This document shows, one piece after another, positions 11,801-25,459 of a stretch of 64,000 nucleotides of DNA; the stretch's first letter is position 1; every line of letters starts with the position of its first letter. The position numbers and the translations under genes were made by a program. The notes beneath the pieces were generated by a model. The model was given only the letters and a program-made list of their open reading frames with translations. It made no database searches and was not told the origin of the DNA. The DNA is from Octopus sinensis (Eukaryota): positions 116,064,001 to 116,128,000 of the forward strand of contig NC_043002.1 in the NCBI RefSeq assembly GCF_006345805.1, in the 5' to 3' direction.

Positions 11801-12347
11801 CCTGTAACATCACTATTTTCTCTCACACACTGTCTGGCAATCCGAAATACCTCAGCTCTTTGGTCCTCACGTTGCAGGACATTGGCAAACTTCTTCTTTT
11901 CAGCTACATCTTTAGCTATGTATACCTGCCGCCCAGCTTCCCTTTTGGCTACCTGGTACAGTTCCCTGCTGCCCCCATCCCTCCAGGCTTTCCAGGCCTG
12001 TCTCTTTGCACTAATGGCTTTGTCTACTGCACTATTCCACCACCACGTAACTCTAGGTCTGGAAGGGACTTTGCACCATCCACAGACTTGGTCTGTGGCA
12101 CTCAGCAAGCTGTCCTGTAGGAATTCCCAGCTACCGTCTATGTCCGACGTCTGAAGCTCCTCCTCCCTCTCATCGAATTTCTTGATGAGGATGTCCGTAA
12201 ATCTCTGACCATGTGAAGGGTTCTTTAGCTTCCAAATCCTTCTTTTCTGGATTGGTTTGTTTCTTGGAGTCCTTCTGGCCTCAAGCTTAAATTCACTGAT
12301 GATTAGCCTATGCTGAGGGATACATTCTTCACCCGGGAGGGTCTTTG
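8820..12347 (-). mobile_element. RTE-clade LINE, 5'-truncated. ORF2 remnant about 9978-12347, long tandem-repeat 3'UTR about 8820-9975
   Basis: ORF 10786-11691: KAPGPSGIT...NYRGIKLL...QFGFVPGRSTTDAIF...FVDLEKAFDRVPR...GVHQGSALSPLLF...LLHADDL. C-terminal GRGRPRKTWDEVV. Confidence 0.95.
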
Positions 12348-12539
12348 TATTTAAGAGTGCAAAGATCCTCCCGGGTGAAGAATGTATCCCTCAGCATAGG
12401 CTAATCATCAGTGAATATATATACATATATATGTATGCATGTATGTATGTATGTATATATGTATGTATATATATATATGTATATATCTATCTATCTATAT
12501 ATATGTATATATCTATATATATATATATATATATATATG

Positions 12540-13035
12540 GTGACATGTAAAAACACCATCCGTTCGTGGCCGTTTGCCAGCTCTGTCTGGCAACCGTGTT
12601 GGTGGCACGTAGAAGCACCATCTGTTCGTGTCCGTTGCCAGCCTCGGCTGGCCCCCGTGCCGGTGACACGTAAAAACACCGTCCGTTCGTGGCCGTTTGC
12701 CAGCTTTGTCTGGCCCCGTGTCGGTGGCACGTAAAAGCACCATCCGTTCGTGTCCGTTGCCAGCATCGCCTGGCCCCGTGCCGGTGACACGTAAAAGCAC
12801 CATCCGTTCGTGGCCATTCGCCAGCTCTGTCTGGCACCTGTGCAGGTGGCACGTAAAAAACACCCACTACACTCGCGGAGTGGTTGGCGTTAGGAAGGGC
12901 ATCCAGCTGTAGAAACACTGCCAGATCTGACTGGACTGGTGCAGCTTTCGGGCTCCCCAGACCCCAGTTGAACCGTCCAACCCATGCTAGCATGGAAAGC
13001 GGACGCTAAACGATGATGATGATGATGATGATGAT
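12540..13035 (+). mobile_element. Non-autonomous RTE-tailed element (3'UTR module array, GGAAGGGCATCC core, (GAT)n tail) inside (TA)n
   Basis: Same tail as the RTE copies: AACCCATGCTAGCATGGAAAGCGGACGCTAAAC(GAT)n. The tail alone is repeated at 13196-13245. Confidence 0.85.
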
Positions 13036-13241
13036 ATATATCTATCTATCTATATCGCTATATAAAATATATATATGTATAACATCTATCTACATATTTA
13101 TATATCTACCTATATATTATCAATACACACACACACATATGTATATATATCAATATATATATATATATATATATAATATATATATATATATATAGTGTCC
13201 AACCCATGCTAGCATGGAAAGCGGACGTTAAACGATGATGA

Positions 13242-13286
<45 letters not shown>

Positions 13287-13420
13287 GGGTTTTCAAATCA
13301 AACTAAGTTCCTGTGTGAAAAGTTTTGACCATTTTATAGTGGTAATGAGTTTGTAGTGGTGGGGAGGAATATAAGACAGTACAAGAGGGTGATGGATGAG
13401 GAGAAAGTGAGAGAGAGAGC

Positions 13421-13464
<44 letters not shown>

Positions 13465-13519
13465 TTTGTATTTGGAATGAGTGCTAAAGAAACGGAGGGG
13501 AAGGGAGAGGGAAGAAGAA

Positions 13520-15478
13520 GAAATCGTTGCCTCTGATTTTATATCTGCAGTGGTAAAGAAGTCAGTTGGATTGCTGACTTGAAAATGCCCAAGGGGTGGA
13601 GTGAAAATACTTTTGAATTGCTCATTTAGTATTTCACTTACCCTCATTGGTTTTCCTGTGAGTGTACCATCTTTTTCAAGGAGTGGCCCTATCCTACAGT
13701 GCACCGTAACTGTTTCTTTGGCATACCTGTAGAAAGCTCTGGGGTTAGATTTTATGTTGTCTATAGCCCAGGCTTCTTTGTCTGCTCTTTCCTTTTCATG
13801 GGAGAGTTGCAGACATTTTTCAATTTCCAACAGTTTTATTTTCAGGCGGGACTTTTCACTGCTTTCATTTGTTTGTTTAGGTGATTTGAAACTTTTGTAC
13901 GCCGTCTCATTAGAATTTTCCTCTCTCTGGGGATTTTGTTCTTGTGTACAGTGGCCTTTCTCTCTGGGACACATTTGTAGCATATGGCTTGCATTACAGA
14001 CATGAATTGTTGAAGTTTCATGTCGATGTCTGGTGACGAGAGACATTTAGGCCAGTTTTGTTTGAGGATCTCTTTCTCAATTTGTTTCCAGTTTGCCTTA
14101 TGGAAGTTCAAGCTGGAAAGATTCTGAGAGTTTCTTGTAGGCTGCATGTCCATGCTTTCCTTTGGCTCGTACATGGTCAGCTCTACCATGTTGTGATCTG
14201 AGAGTAGTGTCGGTGTCACTTTCACATTATGGATGAGATCTATATTATTTGTGAAGCAGAGATCCAGTATGTTACCTGCCCTGGTTGGTTGGAGTATTAC
14301 TTGCTCCATGTACAGAGTGTTGATGAGGTTTTTGTGTTGTTCTAATGTGACTAGAACTTCTATTTTTGTAAGGCAGTCTTCAAACTTGCCTACATGGCTT
14401 GGGGCATCTGGAGGGCGATATGTAGCACACACAACTACACCAAGTTGCCTTATATGTACAATTAGTGTGTCACACACCGAGTTTGAGTATGACAAAAGGA
14501 CCTGGGGTGTGAGGTCCTCGCGGATATACACAGCAACTCCACCATGACTCCTTTCTTTTCTGTCGGTCCGTAATACAACATACTGTGGTATGTGTATTTC
14601 CGCATCTGCTCTATCTAGTTTCAGGTGTGTTTCCGTAAGTGCTATGCATAAGGCTTGATTGCATGCAACAAGGTCTCTCAAGAACGGGATTTTTGTCCTG
14701 TTACTGAGTGTTAGCAGTCCTCTGATGTTCAGTAGGAGCATCGAGGTGATGTGCGTGTTGTTGCCATTGGTGTCCACCTTGGGTCTATTTGCTGTGGTGG
14801 TCTTGTGTATTGTGGATAGTCCCATCTGTGAGTTTGAGTTTGATGGAGCTAGGTTAGCTGCTGTACAATCTTTTGTGCCATGCACAAAAAAGATTCTTGT
14901 TCAGCAGCTGCCCTTTCAATAACATGTTGATGGTTTGTAACGTGCACTACAACTGCGTACCTCCGTTTTGGGGCAGGTGGTGCGTAGTCCTTTCCTTTTC
15001 TTTATGGCAGGTGGTTTCTGCCCTGTTTCATGTTCATGTGGCGGGGTCTTTGGTGTGCAAAACGGCAGCCTGCACCTTCCTCTCCATGCCAGCAGACACC
15101 TTTAAGGTAGAATTTACACATTCGTGTGCGCTGTCTGTTTCTATCCTCTTTGGTAAATGGATAGTCAGGTTTGATTCTTTCCTTGGTTGTTTCATCTTTT
15201 GTTTTTGTTTGAGTTTTAGTTTTTCCTTCTTTGGCTGTTTCATCTATTGTTTTTCTTTTAGTTTTCCCGTCTTTTACTTCTTTTTTGGCTCTTTCATCTC
15301 CATGGTTTTGCCTTTTGATACTGGTAGGGGCACTTGCACTTGGGTTTACTTCCTGGGCAGGTTTCTCACTTGAATCTTCTTTGTTGTCCTGGGTGTCTAC
15401 CAAGTAGGGGTGACATCTTTCATCTGTATCCGTGCCTCCATCCTTGTCATCTTTGCTTTGTTCGTTGTCAAAGATGGC

Positions 15479-15480
<2 letters not shown>
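13520..15480 (-). mobile_element. CR1-group LINE: ORF1 remnant with CCCH finger and ORF2 APE endonuclease, 3'-truncated
   Basis: LLNIRGL...ALTETHL...RSHGGVAVYI...TYRPPD...PTRAGNILDLCFTN...SDHNMV. Upstream CKFYLKGVCWHGEEGAGCRFAH. Confidence 0.9.
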
Positions 15481-15514
<34 letters not shown>

Positions 15515-15569
15515 CATATCATATAATATAATATATAATATATAATAGAATTGAAGAAATGGACTTAAA

Positions 15570-15640
15570 CAGGTGTTATTCAAATCATTTTGCTTCCGAC
15601 ATATGTTTTGAAGAAAACATTGGTATTATTCCTGAGGGAA
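15570..15640 (-). repeat. Partial copy of the hammerhead-bearing repeat seen at 61512-61618
   Basis: CAGGTGTTATTCAAAT..CTTCCGACATATGTTTTGAAGA is shared with 61512-61580. Only the 3' half of the motif is present. Confidence 0.6.
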
Positions 15641-15774
15641 TTAAAAAAAAGTGAAAGAAAACACATCAATTCGCCATTTTGTCTGACTGTGATTTTTGTG
15701 CATGTTATTTGTGAAAATTGGAAAAATACACATACATTTATATATACATACATTATATATATATATCATCATCA

Positions 15775-15937
15775 TCATCATCATTTATCGTCCGTTTTCC
15801 ATGCTAGCATGGGTTGGACGGTTTAACTGGGGTCTGTGAAGCCGGAAGGCTTCATCAGGCCCAGTCAGATTTGGCAGTGTTTCTACGGCTGGATGCCCTT
15901 CCTAACGCCAACCACTCCGTGAGTGTAGTGGGTGCTT

Positions 15938-15940
<3 letters not shown>
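15775..15940 (-). mobile_element. RTE-tailed short element, 5'-truncated
   Basis: (CAT)n followed by the reverse complement of the RTE tail. Confidence 0.85.
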
Positions 15941-15970
<30 letters not shown>

Positions 15971-15971
15971 T

Positions 15972-16640
15972 AATACAAAATAAGAAAATGGACAAATACA
16001 TCCAAATCAAATATCAATTACCAGATAATACCCAATCACATACTTTATTAACCACCACATAAGAACTTTAAGGTCAACCTAATAATATAGGACAAACATG
16101 TGCATAAGGGAGTGTACACTGTTTTGTCCTATATTATTATGTTTGACCTTAAAGTTTCTTATGTGGTGGTTTAATAAAGTATGTGATTGGGGTATTGGAA
16201 GAACTCCGTCGTTACGACGACGAGGGTTTCCGGTTTGATCCGATCAACGGACAGCCTGCTCGTGAAATTACGTGTAAGTGGCTGAGCACTCCACAGTCAC
16301 ATGTTATACCCTTAACGTAGTTCTCGGGATATTCAGCGTGACACAGCGAATGACAAGCCGGCCCTTTGAAATACAGGTACACCAGAAGCAGGAAGTAAGA
16401 GAAGTTGTGGTGAAAGCGTACAGCGGGAATCACCACCATCCCTGCCGGAGCCTCGTGAGCTTTAGGTGTTTTCGCTCAATAAACACTCACAATGCCCAGT
16501 CTGGAATCGAAACCCGCGATCCTACGATCGCGTGTCCGCTGCCCTAACCACTGGGCCAATGCGCCTCCACGTGTGATTGGGTATTATCTGGTAGTTGATT
16601 ATTGATTAAGGTGTATTTCTCCATTTTCCTATTTTGTATT
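15972..16640. repeat. Fold-back element with about 125-bp inverted arms, right arm interrupted by a SINE
   Basis: Left arm 15972-16097. Right arm 16121-16196 plus 16586-16640. Confidence 0.85.
16197..16571 (-). mobile_element. tRNA-derived SINE, full length, with 14-15 bp TSD
   Basis: Minus strand starts GTGGAGGCGCATTGGCCCAGTGG (A box)...GGTTTCGATTCC (B box). TSD TGTGATTGG(G)GTATT at 16182-16196 and 16572-16585. Confidence 0.9.
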
Positions 16641-16806
16641 ATTAATTTGTGGTAAAACATTTTACCTTTGCCCATATAATACAGTAAATGAATTAATTGC
16701 ATCGCAATTCTTAACATTTATGTATTAACTCTGTTGGGTACTTCACTAGCAGTATATTGGATATATGTTATCCCATGAGGGTTGCATTTACAACCCTATC
16801 TCAATT

Positions 16807-16840
<34 letters not shown>

Positions 16841-16859
16841 TATATATATATATATATAT

Positions 16860-18515
16860 AATCAAGCCCTATGCATAGCACTCGTGGAAACTCACCTCAG
16901 CCCTGATATAGAGGACGCAGAAGTACATGTGCCAAACTATGCCATACTGCGAACAGACAGAAGGGAAAGGAGCCATGATGGAGTTGCTGTTTACATCCAT
17001 GATGACCTCACACCCCAGGTCTTACTGGCATACTCAAATTCGGTATGTGACACTTTAATTGTATACATAAGACAACATAATATAGTCATATGCAATACAT
17101 ATTGCCCACCGGATGCCCCAAATCACACAGGCAAGTTTGAAGATTGCCTCACAAGAATTAAAGAAATCCTCATGAATCTGGAACACCATGTGACCATATT
17201 TCCCCAACGTCAAATGGCCCGAAAGTCACATACTCTCAGGAATGAATCATTGCAAGCAAGCACAGGTGGAGTCCCTGCTCAACCTCACCAATGCCCTCTT
17301 CATGGAGCAAGCTGTACTCAGACCAACTAGGGCGAATAACATTCTGGATCTCTGCTTCACAAACAATATGGACATCATTCATGATGTGAAAGTGACACCG
17401 ACATCAGTTTTGGATCACAACATAATGGAGCTGTCTATGTTTGGGCCAAAAGTAACCAGAGACATACAGCCTAAAGGAAGCACCCGAAATCTCCCCAATC
17501 TGAACTTCCACAAAGCAGATTGGAAATTGATCCAAAAAGAGATCCTCAGAGAGGACTGGCCGAAATGTCTCTCCACACCAGATATTGACATGAATCTTGA
17601 ATGTTTCATGCCTTCTGTGCAAGCCATAGGCCAGAAATATGTCCCAGAGCACAATGCCAAAACAAATTGGAGCAAGGTTCCAAGAGAGAGGAAGATCCTC
17701 AAGAGACGACAGACGAAGGTTGCAAATTGACTCAACTAACATCCCAAAAGTACTGAAATGTCCCGCTTAAAAACAACACTGATGGAGATCGAAAAAAGGC
17801 TGCAACAGTCCTATGTGAGGGAGAAAGCAGACAAAGAAGCCTGGGTTATAAAAAACATTAGTCAAACCCAAAGGCCTTCTTTCATTAAGCGAAAGAAACA
17901 GCCTCAGTCTCACTACAAGATAGGACCCCTCCAAAAAGATGGCTCCCTCACAGACAGTCCAACTAGATCAGTGAGATACTGAATGACCAGTTCAAAAGTG
18001 TTTTTACCCACCCCGTTGGAATGCAGACAAGTGAACGAACCAGTGGACTTCTTTGCCGCCTCACCTATAACCAGCGAGGCGGTTACGATGGAATACATTG
18101 ACATTAGCGAAGAAGATATATACTACTAGCCATAGATGAAGTGGACCTCAAGATTCTCTTCCAGAGCTTTCTTACAAATGGCAAACTGCCAAGCAAGCTG
18201 AAGGAGGGAATAATATGCCCAATACATAAAGGGGGAAGTAGAGCAAATGCCAAAACCTATAGGCCTATCTCTCTGACATCACACATCAGCAAAGTCATGG
18301 AACGGATAATCAGAGGGAAACTAATCACATTCCTTGAGGAAAATAACTTGCTGAGTGATATCCAGCATGGCTTTCGACCAGGTAGGAGCTGCCTGACCCA
18401 CTCTTACAACATTATGACTGGTGTTGAGGCAGTTACTCCAACATCAATTTGGACGTAATTACCTTGATTTTGCAAAAGCTTTTGACAAGGTGGATCATGG
18501 TATGATATGCCACAA
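16860..18515 (+). mobile_element. CR1-group LINE ORF2 fragment (APE and start of RT), same family as 13520-15480
   Basis: ALVETHL...RSHDGVAVYI...PTRANNILDLCFTN...ICPIHKGGSRANAKTYRPISLTSHISKVMERII...QHGFRPGRSCLT...[12 protein letters not shown]. Confidence 0.9.
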
Positions 18516-19073
18516 ACATATATATATATATATTATATATATATATATGTGCATATATATCTGTATATACATACATACATATGTATATATGTATATATAG
18601 TATAGACATATATATGTGTATATGTATATATATGTACATATATGTATATATATGTATATATAGGTATATATGTATATATATGTGTATATATATATATACA
18701 TATTTGTATATATGTATATATACATGTATATATATTTGCATATATATATGTATGTATATATATACATAATGTATACGTGTGTATATATGTGTATATATAG
18801 CTATATATATATATGTACATATATATATATTTATATATGTATATGTAAATGGTTATATATACATATGTATATATGTATATGTATATATGTGTGCATGTAT
18901 ATATATATGTGTGTGTGTGTATATATATCAATTATATATAACCATTGACATATATATCCATAAATATGTACATATATATAACCAACTTATATATATATAA
19001 ATGCATACATACACACACACAATATATAGAAATAATATATATATATACATATATATACATATATATATACATA

Positions 19074-19111
<38 letters not shown>

Positions 19112-19205
19112 TATATATATACTATATTTATATATATGCATATACATATCTATATATATACATATATACTTTATATACATTCATATACATCTACATAACT
19201 ATCTA
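18516..19205. repeat. Degenerate (TA)n/(TATG)n tract
   Basis: Direct reading. Confidence 0.95.
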
Positions 19206-19326
19206 TAACCATGTTCTTATATTCTTTCACAATCATTTTATGAATATGCAATTGAGTTATGCAACACAGACTCATTGTGGTCTTCTGTAATCTTTTGTTA
19301 CTTCCTTTCTGATGTTTTGTTTATGT

Positions 19327-19450
19327 TTTGTACTGAAGAGAATGGTAATACATGATTAAATTATTTTAATTTAATTACAATTATCATGAATTTAATGTTT
19401 TCTATGTTTCATATATGTTGGTGTTATCACTTGAAACGATCGTATGTATG
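19327..19450 (+). ncRNA. Type-I hammerhead-like motif with long stem-II loop, degenerate
   Basis: CTGAAGA 19333-19339; stem II GAATGGTAA/TTATCACTT; GAAAC 19433-19437; palindromic ACGATCGT; GUA triplet; weak stem I. Confidence 0.5.
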
Positions 19451-19719
19451 GAGTAAAATTTTATAAAACTTCTGACATCTTCTCTTCTCTATCTTTAATC
19501 ATTAGTTGAGTTCATATAGGATTGTATTCTATAAAAGCTCATAACACACCTTATACTTGTTAAATTTTCATATTTTTTTGTGTGTATATATATATGTATA
19601 TATATATACATATATATATACGTATATATATACGTATATATATATACATATATATATATGCCCCAGCATGGCCACAGCTCATTAGCTGAAACTGGAAAAA
19701 TCAAAATCAAATCAAAATC

Positions 19720-19769
<50 letters not shown>

Positions 19770-19965
19770 TTCTAACCTTGAACTCTCAACCTTGAACTTG
19801 TTCGCATAAACTGTCCCGTTCGTTTTATTTTTATTTTCTCATATATTATCCTTTTTTTCTCACGTTTGATCTTTGACTTCTGGCCGAAATCAGATCGCCA
19901 TGTTGATTCGCTAGCCTCTGCACGCATTTTTTTCTCTCCTTCTTTCTGTGTTTCTTCTCTGTGTA

Positions 19966-20003
19966 TCTTTCTGTTGAAGAGCGTAGGCTCGAAACGTTAA
20001 AGA
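19966..20003 (+). ncRNA. Minimal type-I hammerhead-like motif (CUGUUGA-A core) in a solo Penelope-type terminal repeat (about 19790-20135)
   Basis: TCTTT-CTGTTGA-A-GAGC-GTAG-GCTC-GAAACGT-T-AAAGA. A related copy at 41571-41610 lies at the 3' end of a Penelope element. Confidence 0.55.
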
Positions 20004-20131
20004 CTTGTTTTATTTATATTTCCTGAGCGCCATACTAATACAATTGTTTGTTTGTATTCCACCTGCCTTCGTCTTTTGTTTATTTCCGTAAACCTGCCTT
20101 TGTCTTTTGTCTATTTTCATAAAGCTTCCCG

Positions 20132-20182
<51 letters not shown>

Positions 20183-20199
20183 AGAGGAAAAATTATAAT

Positions 20200-22305
20200 A
20201 AGGCGGAATGCTAAATTGAATGCAAATTTTAATAAAAATGGGTGTATGAAAAATTAAAAGAGAAAAAATAATAAATCAAGCTGGCTTTCATTGCAAGGCA
20301 AATTTTCAAGATTTGGAAGAGGAAAAATTTTTTTTAAATTGAGGAAGGGGAAAAAAGAAATTTACAATGTTTTTTTCAAAAAAATAATAATACATATATA
20401 CAAAAATTAATAAATAAGTATAGCAATACATTGTAGAGTCTTTATTCTTTTAGAGTTCAATAATAGTCCTTGGAAAATCTTCTTTGGAGGATTAGGATGC
20501 ATGTGCTTAAGTGTAGTGGTTATTTTGAAAGAGTTGGGTGATTATGTGTCAAAACAGTAAATGGGGTAGGAGTTATCCAGTTCCTGTGAGTAAGGGGAGA
20601 CAATTCTGCGGATTTTATGCTCTTTAATTGGAATGGTGGATGTTTTGTCAAACTGGATGCTTATATCAATTTTTTGTCAGATAGGATGCTAGATGAAGGA
20701 GTATGGTCACTGTGGAGTTTGCATATTAAGATGCGTTTGGAATTTTTCAATAAAAATATTCTTCTTGTTGATTCTTTCTTGTGTAGAGATTGGTAGAAAG
20801 GGAATATGTGAAATTTGGGATTTTTATCTCTAGCGCAAGAGTCTATGTGGAATTTGACGGTATTGTGGGAGATTCATCTGTTCTTTATGGATTGCTACTC
20901 TTCTGCATAAAGGAAGGCTCATTTGTCCAACATAATTGTGTTGGCAACCGGCACATGTGAGAATGTAGATGAGGTTCTCAGAGGACCAGGAGAAGTTGGT
21001 CTTGATTTTAAATAGTGTTCCTTGTTTGAAAGTAAATTCAGAGCCTTCAAGTAGGAAGGGGCAGGTACCACAGTTAGGGTGTGCACACTGATGGGGGTGG
21101 ATATGGTGTGTGAAGATTGACATTTGTTAAGAGTTTTTTCAAAGATTTATGTTGCCGTTTGCTTTTAAGGATTTTATGTGTATTGATAATATTATTCATT
21201 TTTGGGTCTGTGGACAGTAAGGGGAGGTTTTGTATGATTGTGGTGTATGCTTCGATGTTTTGGGGGTTGTGGGTGGAAATGTATGAAAGTATTTTGAGGG
21301 TGGGTGTGTTACTGTGTTGGGTGGTTTTCAGTGTATTATTGTCTAGTTCTTTGGCACGTTTTATTCCATAGTCTATGAGTGTGGAGGGATATTGGCATTG
21401 TAATAGTGTTTTTTTTGAGGTCTTGAAGGCGTATTTCTCGAGTTTTTGGATCTGAGACAATGGTGCATACCCTTTTAGCTAAGTTGAAAGAGATATTTAT
21501 CTTGGTGTGTTTTGGGTGGCATGAACTGAAGAGGAAGTATTGTTGTGAGTCTGTAGGTTTGTGGTAGATGTCTGTTGTGATTTGGTTGTTAGGTGTTTTT
21601 ATAATTAGGAGATCAAGGAAAGGGAGATGATGTTTGCTGAATTCCATAGTGAATTGAATGTTGGGATGTATGTTGTTCAGTGTGGTTTTGAATTCCAGAA
21701 GTTTTTCATAAGATTCTTTCCATATGATGAAACGATCATCTAGGTACCTTTTCTATTAAGTAGATGTGGAAAAGGTTTCCAAATTTCTGGCATGATATCT
21801 CATAGAGTGATAGTTCGAAGAAACCCATTTTGAGGTTCGCAAGGACTGGTACCCATCGCAATAGCACATTTTTGACGGTAGTGTGTGTTTTCGAAGAGGA
21901 AATAATTGTTTGTCAGAATGAACTTGAGTGATTCCGTAATGAAGGTCTTGTGTAGTTAGGAAATGCTTCTGGGTGTTTCTCCAGCCAGAAATCAATTGCC
22001 TCAATACAATATTCATGTGGGATGTTGGTATAGAGGTTGATAACATCAAAGGACACCACGAATGCCTCCTCGTTGGTTGTTTTCGGGAGGTTCTTGAGCA
22101 TGTCAAGATCATCTCTAATGAAACTTTTGATGTGACTAAAGAAAGGTTTCAAAAGGATGTCCAGGAAATAGCTGAAGCGGTGTGTTTCGCACAAGGTGCC
22201 AGATATGATGGGCCTTAGTTTTAGGTCCTCCAGTGCCTTGATGTTGATGTTGATGTCAGAGGAGAGTTTGCAGGCTTCGATGATGGATTTGTTTTTATGG
22301 ACTTA
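20200..22305 (-). mobile_element. Penelope-like element (RT and GIY-YIG), frameshifted, cut at the (TA)n tract
   Basis: [12 protein letters not shown]...[16 protein letters not shown]...VSFDVINLYTNIPH...LPFLDLLI...TDIYHKPTDSQQY...NLIYILTCAGCQHNYVGQ. Confidence 0.9.
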
Positions 22306-23955
<1,650 letters not shown>

Positions 23956-24129
23956 TTATATAAACGGAGATAAATGTAGTTTTCATCAGCATCTTTCTTC
24001 ATGTTTGGTGTTGGCGCCTTTCAGCAGCTTTGAAAGGACAATTCCCTGGCATAAAACAGTTATTGAAAGTGAGGCTAATAAAAATTCCAATATGAAAATG
24101 AATCAAGAGATAAATAAATAATTGCATGT

Positions 24130-25330
24130 CGCATTAGCGTTGGTTGGATGGTTGAAGTGGCTGCAATAGAGAAGAGAGTGTAGAGATAGGGGCAGGTTGT
24201 TTTTTATAAGGGGAACAATAGGGTCGGGCAGGGAAGTAAAGGACGTAAAGATGGGGGCGAGAAAGAGAGAAATAATAAAGATAGGAAGAAAGAATGGTTA
24301 GGAAGGTAGGTGGGTAGGATGAAGGGGAAATGAAGATCTGACAGAGGGAAAGGGTAAAAGAAAAAAGTGTGAATTTAATGGAGGTATGATGGAATAAATA
24401 AAGAGGAAAATATAAAATGAAGGAAGGGAGAGGATGGCACGAATGGAGGAAGAGTGAGGCAAGCAAAAATAAAATAGAGAAAGTTAAAGAAACAGAGTAG
24501 GAAGGGATAGAATGAAAATGAGTGAGAGGAAGAGGAGAAAAAAACAGTGTAAACTGCAATAGATTTGGTTCTATTGAAATATGGTATGGACGGATGAACA
24601 TATAATTCCGATGAGAAAGGGTAGGGGTTTGTGCAGCCACTTAAAATAGAGGAGGAAGAAATGTAGTTGATTTGTTGTAGAAAGGGAGACTTTAAACAAA
24701 GAAGAGGTAGTGAAGTATTACATAAAGTGTAAGATGGAGTGGAAGAGGGTTGAAAAATGTATGAGATTGTGGTGGTACAGGAGTGGGGGAAAAATGGGGG
24801 ATAATTATAGTAAAATGGTTTGTTAAAAAAATACAAGCAAGAAATAGAAAAAAAAACAAGGAAGATTTTGTTAAAAATCAACAAATATTCTGAGACTGAA
24901 AGAAAAAGGCATGAAACGAGCAAATGAATAGATGAATTAAAAATAAATAAAATCAATAAATAAATAGAAAGATCAACATTAATGAGGGAATTAATGATAG
25001 TGGGTTGTGAGGAGCCAGTTGATTGTATCAACCCCTGTATCCAGTGCTTCACGGCATCAACTACCGTATGGAAATTAACAATAAAGATAAAGATAAAAAA
25101 TAAAAAAAGTTTAATAAAGTCAGGGAGGAAATGAGGCTAAGATGTAAGGGATAAGTGTGTATTAAAGCTGAGTAAATTTAAAAGGATAATGGGAGAAAAA
25201 TGTAAAGTTGAGGCATGTGAAATGGGGAATGGAATAAAGCTACAGGGCAGTGAGATGTTGGAGAGGAAATACATATTAAAAAGACAGGAGCAAAAAGAGT
25301 TTGTATGGAGGGCCAAGGTAAATAAAAATT
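24130..25330. repeat. Purine-rich low-complexity region
   Basis: G/A-rich on the + strand, no periodicity or coding motif recognised. Confidence 0.6.
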
Positions 25331-25424
25331 GATACAACAGTATTTTGAAATCCCATAGAGTTATGTGCAAATGATTGACATATATACACAAACACATACA
25401 CACATATATGTATATGTGTGAGTT

Positions 25425-25459
<35 letters not shown>

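Noticed and set aside
16500-16571. Stand-alone tRNA genes (also at 54510-54570)
   Set aside because: A and B boxes are present, but they continue into SINE bodies and lack a complete acceptor stem.
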